The notes: generated by a model from the letters alone, not told the origin. A DNA stretch of 64,000 nt from Pseudomonadota bacterium (GCA_018241895.1 JAFECX010000238.1:2996-66995); one strand, 5' to 3'; positions 30,696 through 40,219 are shown, counted from the first letter of the stretch. Made by a program: numbers and translations.

Positions 30696-30930
30696 GGATG
30701 CGGCTCCACTCGGCGCACAACTGCGCCAGTCGCGTGGCCAAAGCGGTGGCGATGCGTCTGACCTCCAGCCGCGAAAGACCGTAGTTCTCGCGCAATGCCG
30801 GTGGGCCTTTCGGGCAGTGCAGAACGAATACTGCTTCGCGCGCGTCGCCGATCACGTGGACATGCTCGGGCCGATGATCGTTGGTGTAGATCACCACGCG
30901 GAATCCGCCCAAGCGTTCCACGGTTGGCAT
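30682..30930 (-). CDS. DUF4160-family protein (putative toxin)
   Basis: MPTVERLGGFRVVIYTNDHRPEHVHV (DHxPxHxH); paired with DUF2442. Confidence 0.8.
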   Translation of the reverse strand: MPTVERLGGFRVVIYTNDHRPEHVHVIGDAREAVFVLHCPKGPPALRENYGLSRLEVRRIATALATRLAQLCAEWSRIHGNA

Positions 30931-30937
30931 CGTAACA

Positions 30938-30961
30938 GATAACCTATACGCTTGGGTTATC
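30938..30961. promoter_or_regulatory. Inverted repeat, candidate operator of the DUF4160/DUF2442 pair
   Basis: GATAACC-N10-GGTTATC beginning 8 nt upstream of ATG 30930. Confidence 0.5.
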
Positions 30962-33028
30962 ACCCGACACCAACTGGCTCGAGGCGGCATCGCGGCGGAC
31001 TGTCGGCCGATACTCCGGCACCACCCGCCGCAGCCGCTCGCGCGTTTCGTCGTCGGTGGCCGCGTCGGCGTCGGCGGCCCAGCGCAGCAATGGCGCCACC
31101 TCGCCGCCCTCGCGATCGAGCCGTGCGATGCGCAGGCGCGGTACCGGCGTGGGCAGCGTGTCGTCGGCGGCAGCCAGCAGCTCCTCGTACAGCTTCTCGC
31201 CCGGCCGCAGGCCGGTGAACTCGAGGCCGATCTCGTCGACCGTGTGGCCCGCGAGGCGGATGAGGTCGCGCGCGAGATCGACGATCTTCACCGCCTCGCC
31301 CATGTCGAGCACGAGCACCTGGCCGCTCTCGCCGACGGCCGCGGCCTGCAGCACGAGCTGCACGGCCTCGGGGATGGTCATGAAGTAGCGGATGATGTCC
31401 GGGTGCGTGACCGTGACCGGGCCGCCGCGCGCGATCTGCTCCTTGAACTTGGGGATCACGCTGCCGCTCGAGCCCAGCACGTTGCCGAAACGCACGGCCA
31501 TGAAGCGCGTGGCGGGGAATTCGGCCGCGAGGCGGCTTACCACCATCTCGGCTGCGCGCTTGGTGGCGCCCATGACGTTGGTGGGGTTCACGGCCTTGTC
31601 GGTGCTGACGAGCACGAAGCGCTCGGCGCCGCACTCGGCCGCGGCGCGCGCGGCGTGCGCGGTGCCCAGCGTGTTGTTGCGCAGCGCCGCGAGCGCGTTG
31701 CGCTCTTCCATCAGCGGCACGTGCTTGTAGGCGGCGGCATGGAACACGACCTGCGGGCGCCAGCGCGCGCAGGTGGCGCGCAGGTGGGCGAGATCCTTCA
31801 CGTCGCCGATCAGCGGCACGAGCCAGTCGCCGGCACGCGCGCGCTGCGTCTCGCGCAGCTCCTGCTCGATCGTGTAGAGGTTGAACTCGGAGAGCTCGTA
31901 CAGCACGAGGCGCGCCGCGCCGTGCGCCGCCATCTGGCGGCACAGCTCGCTGCCGATGCTGCCGCCGGCGCCGGTGACGAGCACCACCTTGCCAGCCAGC
32001 ACGCGGCCGAGGCCGGCGGCGTCGAGCTGCACCGGCTCGCGGCCGAGCAGGTCTTCGGGCTCGATGTCGCGCAGCCGGTCGATGCGCGTGCGGCCGGCGC
32101 GCAGCTCGTCGACGCCGGGCACGGTGAGCACCGGCAGCCCGGTGCCGGCGGCCAGGCCGAGCGCGCGCCGGCGCTCGGCCGGCGTGGCCGAAGGCAGCGC
32201 CACCACGATGTGCGTGGCGCCGGCGCGCAGGCCCGGCTCGGCCAGGCGCCCGAGCGGCCCCAGCACCGGCACGCCGGCGATGCGCGCGCCCTGCTTGCCC
32301 GGGTCGTCGTCGAACAGGCCGAGCACGACCCAGCCCTGCTGGTGCAGCCCGGCCATCAGCAGCCGCGCCGCCTCGCCGGCGCCGAGCACGAGTGCACGCC
32401 GCACCGCGCCCGCGGCGCCGGCGATGCGCGAGCGCGCGTGCTCGTACGTCATGCGGTAGACGATGCGCACGAGCACGAGGCCCATCAGCGTGACGATGGG
32501 GTGCAGCGCCAGCACGGCGCGCGGCACCTTGCGCAGCCCCAGCCCCATGACCAGCGCCGCCGCCACCGCGCCGGCCACCAGGCACGCCAGCGTGAGCCGC
32601 TGCACCTCGCCGAAGCCGGAGAAGCGCCACATGCTCTGCGGCACCTTGAAGACGACGCTGGCGACGAGGTACAGCGCCACCACGCCGAGCATGACCCAGA
32701 CGTCGTAGCCGGGCCGCGCGCCGATCCAGCGCTCGAAGCCCAGGCGAAAGAGATAGGTGGCGTTCCAGCACGCCATCACGACGAGCGCGTCGACCAGCAG
32801 CGACAGCGGCTCGCGATGCGGCCGCAGGCGCGCGAGCCAGGTGTCGAGGCGGCGCCAGAAGGCGGCCTGTGCGTCGGCGGGTTCGCCCGCCTGATCGCCA
32901 GCCTGATCGCCAGCCCGATCGCTGGCCCGATCGCTGGCCGGCGCACCGGCCGGTGGGTCGGCTCGGGCGGCTGCCGCGGCATCGGCGTCGGCATCGGCGG
33001 GCGCCTCCGATGCGGCCCCGCGCCTCAT
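30944..33028 (-). CDS. Membrane-bound nucleoside-diphosphate-sugar 4,6-dehydratase (WbpM/PglF/CapD/WlbL family)
   Basis: Four N-terminal TMs, GAGEAA, EDLLGR, TGAGGSIGSELCRQ, HAAAYKHVP, STDKAVNPTNVMGATKR, RFGNVLGSSGSV, GLRPGEKLYEE. Confidence 0.95.
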   Translation of the reverse strand: MRRGAASEAPADADADAAAAARADPPAGAPASDRASDRAGDQAGDQAGEPADAQAAFWRRLDTWLARLRPHREPLSLLVDALVVMACWNATYLFRLGFERWIGARPGYDVWVMLGVVALYLVASVVFKVPQSMWRFSGFGEVQRLTLACLVAGAVAAALVMGLGLRKVPRAVLALHPIVTLMGLVLVRIVYRMTYEHARSRIAGAAGAVRRALVLGAGEAARLLMAGLHQQGWVVLGLFDDDPGKQGARIAGVPVLGPLGRLAEPGLRAGATHIVVALPSATPAERRRALGLAAGTGLPVLTVPGVDELRAGRTRIDRLRDIEPEDLLGREPVQLDAAGLGRVLAGKVVLVTGAGGSIGSELCRQMAAHGAARLVLYELSEFNLYTIEQELRETQRARAGDWLVPLIGDVKDLAHLRATCARWRPQVVFHAAAYKHVPLMEERNALAALRNNTLGTAHAARAAAECGAERFVLVSTDKAVNPTNVMGATKRAAEMVVSRLAAEFPATRFMAVRFGNVLGSSGSVIPKFKEQIARGGPVTVTHPDIIRYFMTIPEAVQLVLQAAAVGESGQVLVLDMGEAVKIVDLARDLIRLAGHTVDEIGLEFTGLRPGEKLYEELLAAADDTLPTPVPRLRIARLDREGGEVAPLLRWAADADAATDDETRERLRRVVPEYRPTVRRDAASSQLVSGDNPSV
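32889..32936. repeat. 12-bp tandem repeat x4, in frame
   Basis: GCCTGATCGCCA x2 then GCCCGATCGCTG x2; encodes ASDRASDRAGDQAGDQ. Confidence 0.9.
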
Positions 33029-33627
33029 CGCGCCCCCGCCAGCACGCGCAGCGTGCGCAGCAGCACGCCGAGATCGCTCGCCAGCGTCGCGCGCTCGGCG
33101 TACTCCGCGGCGCGCAGCACCTTGCGCGGCAGGATGACCTCGACATACTCGCGCTCGGGGTCGGCCGCGCGCGCCAGCAGATCGGCCTCGTCGACGAACT
33201 CGAGCGAGGCCGGGTCGGTGATGCCCGGGCGCACCGCGAGCGCGCGCGCGCGCAGCGCCGGCGGATACAGCGCCACGTAGCGCGGCACCTCGGGGCGCGG
33301 GCCGACCAGGCTCATCGAGCCGGCCAGCACGTCGATCAGCTGCGGCAGCTCGTCGATGCGCGTGCGGCGCAGCCAGCGGCCGCTGCGCGTGATGCGCGCA
33401 TCGTCGCCCACGGTGATCGGCAGCGCCTCGGTCTCGTGCGGCTGGTGGCGCATCGTGCGGAACTTGTGGATGCGAAACGACACGCCGAAGCGGCCCACGC
33501 GCTGCTGGCGGAAGAAGATCGGCCCGGGCGAATCGAGCTTGACGACGGCCGCCACCGCCAGCAGGACAGGCGAGAGCAGCACGAGCGCGAGCGCGGCCAC
33601 GATCAGGTCGAACAGGCGTTTGGCCAT
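33025..33627 (-). CDS. Monotopic phosphoglycosyl transferase (Bac_transf; PglC/WlbG-like initiating transferase)
   Basis: KRLFDL, SPGPIFFRQQRVG, KFRTM, RRTRIDELPQL, GSMSLVGPRP, PGITD. Confidence 0.95.
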   Translation of the reverse strand: MAKRLFDLIVAALALVLLSPVLLAVAAVVKLDSPGPIFFRQQRVGRFGVSFRIHKFRTMRHQPHETEALPITVGDDARITRSGRWLRRTRIDELPQLIDVLAGSMSLVGPRPEVPRYVALYPPALRARALAVRPGITDPASLEFVDEADLLARAADPEREYVEVILPRKVLRAAEYAERATLASDLGVLLRTLRVLAGAR

Positions 33628-33659
33628 GGGCTCACCGCGAGACGGCGGGCGGGCCGGTC

Positions 33660-33749
33660 GGACCGGGTGGCCCGGATAGGGAGGGTGGTCCGGATGGGCC
33701 GGATGGGCCGGCCGGGTCGGGTGGCCCGGTTGGGCCGGGCCGGCCGGAC
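33660..33749. repeat. Degenerate 9-bp G-rich tandem repeat, about 10 units, intergenic
   Basis: GGACCGGGT GGCCCGGAT AGGGAGGGT GGTCCGGAT GGGCCGGAT GGGCCGGCC GGGTCGGGT GGCCCGGTT GGGCCGGGC. Confidence 0.7.
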
Positions 33750-33826
33750 ACAGGGGCCTGGAGCCGGCGCCGCATCATCCTTGCGTCTCGAGCGCGGGAT
33801 CGTCAACTTGCAGGGTCGGGTGTGCT

Positions 33827-34996
33827 TCAGCCTGCGAGCGCGCCGCGCACCGCCGCGATCACGCGCTCGACATCGGCGTCGCCCATGCGCGTGTAGATCG
33901 GCAGGCTCACGAGCCGCTCGTAGGCATGCTGGCTGGCCGGGAACAGCGCCGGCACGAGGCGGTAGCGATCGCGCCAGTACGGGTGCAGGTGCAGCGGGAT
34001 GTAGTGCACGCTGGCACCGATGCCCTGCGCGAACAGGCGCTCGATGAAGCGATCGCGCGTGAGGCCGCCGGCCAGCGCCGCGTCGGCCAGGCGCAGCGCG
34101 TACAGGTGCCAGGCGTGCGTGTCGCCGGCCGGCGGCTGCGGCGGCAGCACGAGCGGCAGCGCGGCGAAGGCGCGGTCGTAGCGCGCCGCGATGGCCGCGC
34201 GCCGCTGCTGGAAGGCGCGCGCCTTCTTCAGCTGGTGGATGCCGAGCGCCGCGGCGATGTCGGTGAGGTTGTACTTGAAGCCCGGCGCCACGATCTCGTA
34301 GTACCAGCTCGGCACCTCGGCCGTGTAGCGGTCGAAGGCGTCGCGGCTCATGCCGTGCAGGCGCATCACGCGCGCGCGCGCAGCGAGCGCCGCGTCGCGC
34401 GTCACCAGCATGCCGCCCTCGCCGGTGGCGACGGTCTTGGTGGCGTAGAAGCTGAACACCGCGGCGTCGCTGGCCAGCGTGCCGACCAGCGCGCCGCGCG
34501 ACGTGGCGGGCAGCGCGTGCGCGGCGTCCTCCACCACCTTCAGGCCGTGGCGGCGCGCGATGTCCAGCAGGCGCGGCATGTCGGCCGCCAGCCCGCCGTA
34601 GTGCACCGGGACGATCGCCTTGGTGCGCGCGCCGATCGCGGCCTCGACCGCGGCCGGGTCGATGTTGAGCGTGGCCGCGTCGATGTCGACCAGCTTCACG
34701 TCGGCGCCCAGATACCGCACCACCTCGGCGGTGGCGGTGAAGGTGTGCGTGGTGGTGATGACCTCGTCGCCGGGCCCGATGCCCAGCGCCTCGAGCGCCA
34801 GGTGCAGGCCGGCAGTGGCCGAGTTGACCGCGATCGCGTGCAACTGCGCGTCGCCGAGGAAGGCGGCGAAGTCCTGCTCGAAGCGCCGCGCCTTCGGGCC
34901 GGTGGTGATCCAGCCGCTCCTGAGCGTGTCGACGACCTCGGCGATCTCGTCGTCGCCGATCTCGGGCAGCGCGAAGGGGAGGAAGGGTTTGCTCAT
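33827..34996 (-). CDS. DegT-family sugar aminotransferase (WlbF/PglE-like)
   Basis: [41 protein letters not shown] (Lys present), [16 protein letters not shown]. Confidence 0.95.
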   Translation of the reverse strand: MSKPFLPFALPEIGDDEIAEVVDTLRSGWITTGPKARRFEQDFAAFLGDAQLHAIAVNSATAGLHLALEALGIGPGDEVITTTHTFTATAEVVRYLGADVKLVDIDAATLNIDPAAVEAAIGARTKAIVPVHYGGLAADMPRLLDIARRHGLKVVEDAAHALPATSRGALVGTLASDAAVFSFYATKTVATGEGGMLVTRDAALAARARVMRLHGMSRDAFDRYTAEVPSWYYEIVAPGFKYNLTDIAAALGIHQLKKARAFQQRRAAIAARYDRAFAALPLVLPPQPPAGDTHAWHLYALRLADAALAGGLTRDRFIERLFAQGIGASVHYIPLHLHPYWRDRYRLVPALFPASQHAYERLVSLPIYTRMGDADVERVIAAVRGALAG

Positions 34997-35083
34997 CGAT
35001 GCGCTGTCCTGCCTCTCGCTGCCGGCGATGCTACCGCCGCTGCCGCCCCCACGGCGCGCCCGCTCCTTGGCGGCCGGCATGAG

Positions 35084-35187
35084 TTCGCGCCGTCGCCCTG
35101 TCGCCCTGTCGCCCTGTCGCCCTGTCGCCCTGTCGCCCTGTCGCGATGTCGCGATGTCGCGCTGTCGCGCTGTCGCGCCGTCGCGCT
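35084..35187. repeat. 8-bp VNTR, about 13 units, in divergent intergenic region
   Basis: GTCGCCCT x6 (35092-35139), then GTCGCGAT x2, GTCGCGCT x2, GTCGCGCC, GTCGCGCT; preceded by TTCGCGCC. Confidence 0.95.
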
Positions 35188-35293
35188 TGGCACGCCGGCC
35201 GCCCTGGTCCGGCGCCGCGATGCGCGGGCGTCATGGTGGCCGTTGGACGCCGTGCCGAGGCGACCGCACAATGCGGCTTCGGAGGTGCATGCG

Positions 35294-35857
35294 ATGGGAC
35301 TGCCGCTGCGCAAGCTGACGCTGGACGATTTTCTGGCCTGGGAGAACGAGCAGCCGCAGAAGCATGAGTACTTCCGCGGCGAAGTGTTCGCGATGGTGGG
35401 CGGACGGCGCACGCATATTCGGGTGATCATGAATCTCGGCCGCCGTCTGAATGAACGGCTGGACGGATCGCCGTGCCAGGCGTTCGCCGAATCGGCGAAG
35501 GTTCAGATCGGCGACGACACCATCCTCTATCCCGACATCTTCGTCACCTGCGACCAGGCCGACCTCGCGACCGACATGATCTTCCGCTCGCCGACGCTGG
35601 TGATCGAGGTCCTGTCGCCGAGCACGCAGGCCTACGACCGCAGCCAGAAGTTCGCGCTCTATCGTCGCCTGGCCTCGCTGCAGGAGTACATCCTGGTCGA
35701 TCCCGACACTCGCCGCATCGAGGCGTTTCGCCGCAATGCCGAAGACCAGTGGGTGTTCCACGACATGAGCGACGGCGAGGCGATGGCGGTGCCCTGCCTG
35801 GGCCTGGAAGTGCCGCTGGCGCAGGTGTTCGACGGCATCGAGCCGCCGACCGGCTGA
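35294..35857 (+). CDS. Uma2 (DUF820) family PD-(D/E)XK endonuclease
   Basis: HEYFRGEVFAMVGG, YPDIFVTC, IEVLSPST..YDRSQKF..Y, LQEYILVD; GGAGG RBS. Confidence 0.9.
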   Translation: MGLPLRKLTLDDFLAWENEQPQKHEYFRGEVFAMVGGRRTHIRVIMNLGRRLNERLDGSPCQAFAESAKVQIGDDTILYPDIFVTCDQADLATDMIFRSPTLVIEVLSPSTQAYDRSQKFALYRRLASLQEYILVDPDTRRIEAFRRNAEDQWVFHDMSDGEAMAVPCLGLEVPLAQVFDGIEPPTG

Positions 35858-35942
35858 GCGCGGTGCCGAGCCGCACGCGCGCCACGTGCGCAGCCCTTCG
35901 GCTCGCGCGCAGGCGTCCGCAGGTGGATCCTCACGTCCCGCA

Positions 35943-36689
35943 TCACTCCTTGGCCAGCCATGCCAGCACGTGCGTGCGCAATAGCGGCAGCAGGTTGCAC
36001 AGCGAGTAGAGCGACGGGTGCAGCGCGCACACGGCGCGCGCCAGCGGCGGCGCCAGCGTGACGCGGCGCGCGTCGATGCGGGCCTGCGGAAACAGCTCGC
36101 GCACGCGGCGCAGCGGCACGCCGCGCACGTCGGGGTTGCGCGGGTTGTCGACGGTGAAGTCGTACCACAGCACGGCGCCGCCCGGGCGCAGCCACTGCCA
36201 CATGCACATGGCCAGCCGTTGCTGAAAGGCATCGTCGAGCAGCGAGGTGAACACCGTGTACTGCACAACCAGATCGAAGCTCGCTGGTGCGAAAGGAAGC
36301 GCCATCGCATCGCCGACGTGCACGGCGGCGGCTGCCGGCAGGCGCCGCCGGGCCCGATCGGCGCGCGCCGGCAGCAGTTCGCTGCCGACCAGGCGCGCCG
36401 GGTCGGCACCCAGGCGCAGCAGCTCGAGCAGGTTGTCGCCGCTGCCGCAGCCGACTTCGAGCACATCCAGCTCGTACAGCGGTCGGCGCAGGTGGCGCTG
36501 CAGCAGGCGCGCCAGCGCCCGTTCGCGTTCCTGTCGCGCCAGCATCACGTCGGGCGCGAGCGGGTCGTAGCGGCCGTCGTCGATGCGCCGGGCGTAGCGC
36601 GCGGCCACCGCGGCCGGTTCGTCGTAGGCGTCGTAGGCGTCGTGGGCGTCGTGGGCGTCGTGGCAGTCGTGGGCAGGCGGCGTGGTCAT
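35943..36689 (-). CDS. Class I SAM-dependent methyltransferase
   Basis: LEVGCGSG, GDAMALPF....FDLV, LRPGG. Confidence 0.9.
   Translation of the reverse strand: MTTPPAHDCHDAHDAHDAYDAYDEPAAVAARYARRIDDGRYDPLAPDVMLARQERERALARLLQRHLRRPLYELDVLEVGCGSGDNLLELLRLGADPARLVGSELLPARADRARRRLPAAAAVHVGDAMALPFAPASFDLVVQYTVFTSLLDDAFQQRLAMCMWQWLRPGGAVLWYDFTVDNPRNPDVRGVPLRRVRELFPQARIDARRVTLAPPLARAVCALHPSLYSLCNLLPLLRTHVLAWLAKE
36621..36674. repeat. 9-bp tandem repeat x6, in frame
   Basis: GTCGTAGGC x2, GTCGTGGGC x2, GTCGTGGCA, GTCGTGGGC; encodes AHDCHDAHDAHDAYDAYD. Confidence 0.85.
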
Positions 36690-36699
36690 GGTGTCAGGG

Positions 36700-37752
36700 T
36701 CATCGCGTCAGCGTCGTCGCGTGGGCACCGGCGCGGCGCCGCAGCAGGTGGTCGGCGAGGCCGCGCGCAAAGCCCAGGCCGTAGCCGAAGTGCATGCAGC
36801 CGAGCGCCCACGCCACGCCCAGCCAGCGCGCCGGCTGCCGCCACGGCGGCGCCACTGCCGCCGCTGCGCCCAGCGCCGCCAGCGCATAGCTCGCCAGCAA
36901 GGCCGCCAGCGCCCATGCCGCCGGCGGCCACCACGGCGCAGCCAGGGCGAGCGCGACGAGGGCGGCCACGAACGCAAAGGGCACCAGGTGCCGCGGCGAG
37001 GCCGGCAGGCGGTGCTTGCGCAGCACCGCCATCTTCCAGTAGCCGTACTGCCAGAACTGGCGGAACAGTTCGGTGAACGAGCCACGCGGCACGTACCACG
37101 AACGGATCGCCGCGCTCTGCCACACCCGCCCGCCGCCGCGCACGATGCGCAGCGCAAGCTCGTCGTCCTGGTTGCGCACCAGCGCTTCGTCGAAGCCACC
37201 GAAGCGCAGCAGTTCGGCGCGCCGCCAGGCGCCGAGGTAGACGGTGTCGACCTCGCCGCTGTAGTCGAGGCGGCGCGAGGCCGCGCCACCGGAGCCGAAG
37301 CGGCTGCCGAAGGCGGCGGCGATCGCGCCGGCGCGCCCCGTTGCCGCCGCCGTGCGCCACGGGCCGCCGACGCAGGTGGCGCCGGTGCCCTCGAGCGCGG
37401 CCACGCACTGCGCGATGTAGTCGTCGGCGTAGGTGGTGTGCACGTCCATGCGCAGCACGATCTCGCCGCTGGCTGCACCCAGCGCGCGGTTCAGTGCCGT
37501 GGGCGTGATGCGTTGCGGGTTGTCGACCCAGCGCAGCCGCGCGTCGGCGGCGGCCAGCGCCTCGAGGCGCGCACGCGTGCCGTCGTCGCTGCGTCCGTCG
37601 GCCACCACCACCTCGAGCGTCGTACCCGCAGGCAGGCGCTGCGCCAGCACCGAGGCGACGAAGGCATCGATGTGCGCCGCCTCGTTGCGGCAGGGCACGA
37701 TGACGCTGAGCTTCATCGGTGTGCTCGTCGGCGTGCTCATGGACGTGCTCAT
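36700..37752 (-). CDS. Glycosyltransferase family 2 (ExoA-like)
   Basis: SVIVPCRNE, DGRSDDGT, RMDVH, FDEALVRNQDDEL; start 37752 or 37716 (12-bp repeats MSTS/MSTP/TSTP between them). Confidence 0.9.
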   Translation of the reverse strand: MSTSMSTPTSTPMKLSVIVPCRNEAAHIDAFVASVLAQRLPAGTTLEVVVADGRSDDGTRARLEALAAADARLRWVDNPQRITPTALNRALGAASGEIVLRMDVHTTYADDYIAQCVAALEGTGATCVGGPWRTAAATGRAGAIAAAFGSRFGSGGAASRRLDYSGEVDTVYLGAWRRAELLRFGGFDEALVRNQDDELALRIVRGGGRVWQSAAIRSWYVPRGSFTELFRQFWQYGYWKMAVLRKHRLPASPRHLVPFAFVAALVALALAAPWWPPAAWALAALLASYALAALGAAAAVAPPWRQPARWLGVAWALGCMHFGYGLGFARGLADHLLRRRAGAHATTLTR

Positions 37753-38825
37753 CGCTGCACTCCTGCACGCGAGCGTGCCAGCAGTCCGCGGTACAGCGCC
37801 GCCATGCGGTCCATCTGCGCGTCGCGACGGCCGTCGCGCTCGATGCGCGCCCGGTTGGCCTCGCCCAGGCGGCGCATGCGCGCGTCGTCCTGCGCCAGCG
37901 CGGCCAGCGCCTGCGCCAGCGCCTGCGCGTCGCCCGGTGCGACGAATGGCGCATCGGCCAGCCACTGGCGGTTGGCCGGCAGGTCGCTGGCGACGACGGC
38001 CAGCCCGCAGGCCATGCTCTCGAGCATCGCCACCGAGGTGGCGTCGCTCGCCGGCACCGTGACCGAGATCTTGCTCGTCGCCATCGCCGCCTGCATCTCG
38101 GCATCGCCGACGCGGCCATGGAAGACCACCTGCGCCTGCAGGCCGAGCGCATCGACTTGCGCGCGCAAGCGCGCTTCGAGCGGGCCGCCGCCCAGCAGAT
38201 GCAGGGTGAACGGCAGCGCGGGGTGTTCGCGTCGCAGCAGCGCCACCGCGTCGACGATCGTGCCGACATGGTAGTTCGGCTCCCACGAGCGCAGGCTCAC
38301 GATCCCGACGCCGTGCTTGCCCGCCCACGGCGCGGGCGCAAAGCGTGCCATCTCCACTCCCCAGTGCACGAGTTCGACGGCAGCGCGCGGCCGGTAGCTG
38401 CGCGCCTGGGCGACGAGTTCGTCCGAGTCGCCGGTGACGAGATCGGCGCGCCGCAGCGTCCAGCCGGTGAGCTGGCGCACGAGGCGGCTTTGCCGGGGCG
38501 TGACGAGCAGGTCGCTGCCCCAGGCCGTCATCACCAGCGGATGGCGCCCGCTGCGCGCGCCGAGCCAGCCGTACGAGGTGACGTAGTGGGCGTGCACGAT
38601 GTCGGGTGCGAGCGCATCGAGTGCGCGCCGCGCCTCGCCGGCACGCCACAGCCAGTCGCTCGAGCGCCGCACGGGGCGCAACACGATCTGCTCGGCACCG
38701 GCGATCGGCTGCGCGCGCGCGGTGACGAGCGAGACACGCCAGCCGCGCGCCATCATCTCGCGCGCCCAGCGCTGCACGTGCACGCTGTTGGCGTCGCCCA
38801 GCAGGCACAGGTGACGGGCGGTCAT
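37749..38825 (-). CDS. Glycosyltransferase family 4 (GT-B)
   Basis: LLGDANSVHVQRW, HAHYVTSYG, WGSDLL, LESMACGLAVVASD. Confidence 0.9.
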   Translation of the reverse strand: MTARHLCLLGDANSVHVQRWAREMMARGWRVSLVTARAQPIAGAEQIVLRPVRRSSDWLWRAGEARRALDALAPDIVHAHYVTSYGWLGARSGRHPLVMTAWGSDLLVTPRQSRLVRQLTGWTLRRADLVTGDSDELVAQARSYRPRAAVELVHWGVEMARFAPAPWAGKHGVGIVSLRSWEPNYHVGTIVDAVALLRREHPALPFTLHLLGGGPLEARLRAQVDALGLQAQVVFHGRVGDAEMQAAMATSKISVTVPASDATSVAMLESMACGLAVVASDLPANRQWLADAPFVAPGDAQALAQALAALAQDDARMRRLGEANRARIERDGRRDAQMDRMAALYRGLLARSRAGVQR

Positions 38826-38902
38826 CGGCGCGACATCAATTGCGCCACGCCGGCGGCCGCGCGTGTCCGGCCCCGCGGCGGCCTCGGCGCCGGCGCCGGC
38901 TC

Positions 38903-40219
38903 TCAGCCACGGCGACAGCGGTGCAGGAAGGCGGCGAACCCGCCCGCGAGCGCGCGCCGCTCGAAGAGCGCGGCATCGGCGGCCGGTTCGGCGGGGGGCA
39001 TGCCGCGCATCATCGCCTGCAGGCATTCGGCGATGCGCTCGGGCCGCGTCTGGTCGGCGATCCAGCCGCGGCCGTGGCGGCGCAGCAGCAGCGCGGCATC
39101 GCCCTGCTCGTCGCCCAGCAGCAGCACCGGGCGGCGCGCGCGCAGGTACTCGAACAGCTTGCCCGGCAGCGTGCCGGCCACCACCGGCGCGTGCCGCGCA
39201 CCCTGCCCCGCACCGACCACGAGCAGCAGCGCGTCGGCCGCCAGCATCTCGAGCAGCGCCTCGCGGTGCGGCACGTAGGGGCGGCGTTCGATCACGCCCG
39301 GATGATCGGCCTCGAAGCGCGCCAGCGCGTCGTCGAAGCGGCTGCCGATGCTGCCCACCAGGCGCAGCTTCAGCGGCCGTGCACCGCCCGGCGCGGCGCG
39401 CAGGTAGCGCGCGAGCGCGTCGAGCAGCGTCGCAGGGTCGCGCGGGCCATAGAAGGCGCCGGTGTGCACGAGACGAAAGGCACCGTCGGCGCGGGGTACG
39501 GGCTGCAGGCCGTCGAAATCGGCCTCGTCGTAGCCGTTGGGGATGAAGGCCACGGGCGTGCGACGGCCCAGCTCGCGCTCGAAGCGCTCGCGCCACGAGG
39601 GCGTGACGACCGTGACGCCGGCGGCGTCGGCCAGCCAGCGGGCTTCGGTGCGGCGGTCCAGCGCGCGGCGCCAGGCAGCCGCCGCGTAGCCGGGGTTGTC
39701 GGCCCACAGGTCGCGGTAGTCGGCCACCCACGGCAGGCCGCTCGTGCGGGCGAGGCGGCGCGCCAGCGCGTGCGCCGAGACGGGCGGCGCGCTGCTCACC
39801 ACCATCTCGATGCCCGCCTCGCGCACCAACGCCAGGGCGGGCGCGAACGCGGCGCGCGCCCAGCCGCCGCGATCGTCGGGAAACGACAGGTTCGCGCGCG
39901 CGGCGAGCACCGCGTCGCGCACACGCGCCGTCAGCGCACCCGCAGCGAGGGCCGGCGCGGCAGCCGACGACCTGCCGCCTTGCCGCCGGCGCCAGGCCAG
40001 CACACGCTGCAGCCCCGTGCGGTGTTCGACGCGCAGCACGTTCAGGCCATGCGGCACTTCGGCGAGCAGCGTCTCGTCCTGCGGGTAGTCGGGGTCGTAC
40101 GCAGCCACCACGTGCGGCTCGATGCCGAACGCGGGCAGGTACTTGCTGAACTTGAGCACGCGCTGCACGCCGGCGCCACCCATCGGCGGGTAGAAATAGC
40201 TCACGAGCAGGACCTTCAT
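38903..40219 (-). CDS. Glycosyltransferase family 4-like (GT-B)
   Basis: SYFYPPMGGAGVQR, WVADYRDLW, IPNGYD, HTGAFYG, PGKLFEYL. Confidence 0.85.
   Translation of the reverse strand: MKVLLVSYFYPPMGGAGVQRVLKFSKYLPAFGIEPHVVAAYDPDYPQDETLLAEVPHGLNVLRVEHRTGLQRVLAWRRRQGGRSSAAAPALAAGALTARVRDAVLAARANLSFPDDRGGWARAAFAPALALVREAGIEMVVSSAPPVSAHALARRLARTSGLPWVADYRDLWADNPGYAAAAWRRALDRRTEARWLADAAGVTVVTPSWRERFERELGRRTPVAFIPNGYDEADFDGLQPVPRADGAFRLVHTGAFYGPRDPATLLDALARYLRAAPGGARPLKLRLVGSIGSRFDDALARFEADHPGVIERRPYVPHREALLEMLAADALLLVVGAGQGARHAPVVAGTLPGKLFEYLRARRPVLLLGDEQGDAALLLRRHGRGWIADQTRPERIAECLQAMMRGMPPAEPAADAALFERRALAGGFAAFLHRCRRG

Noticed and set aside
35084-35187. Possible CRISPR array
   Set aside because: Contiguous 8-bp units with no spacers and no cas genes
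33926-35857. Apparent 643-aa fusion ending in a Uma2 domain
   Set aside because: The upstream part is antisense to the aminotransferase and runs through the VNTR; the real start is ATG 35294 with a GGAGG RBS
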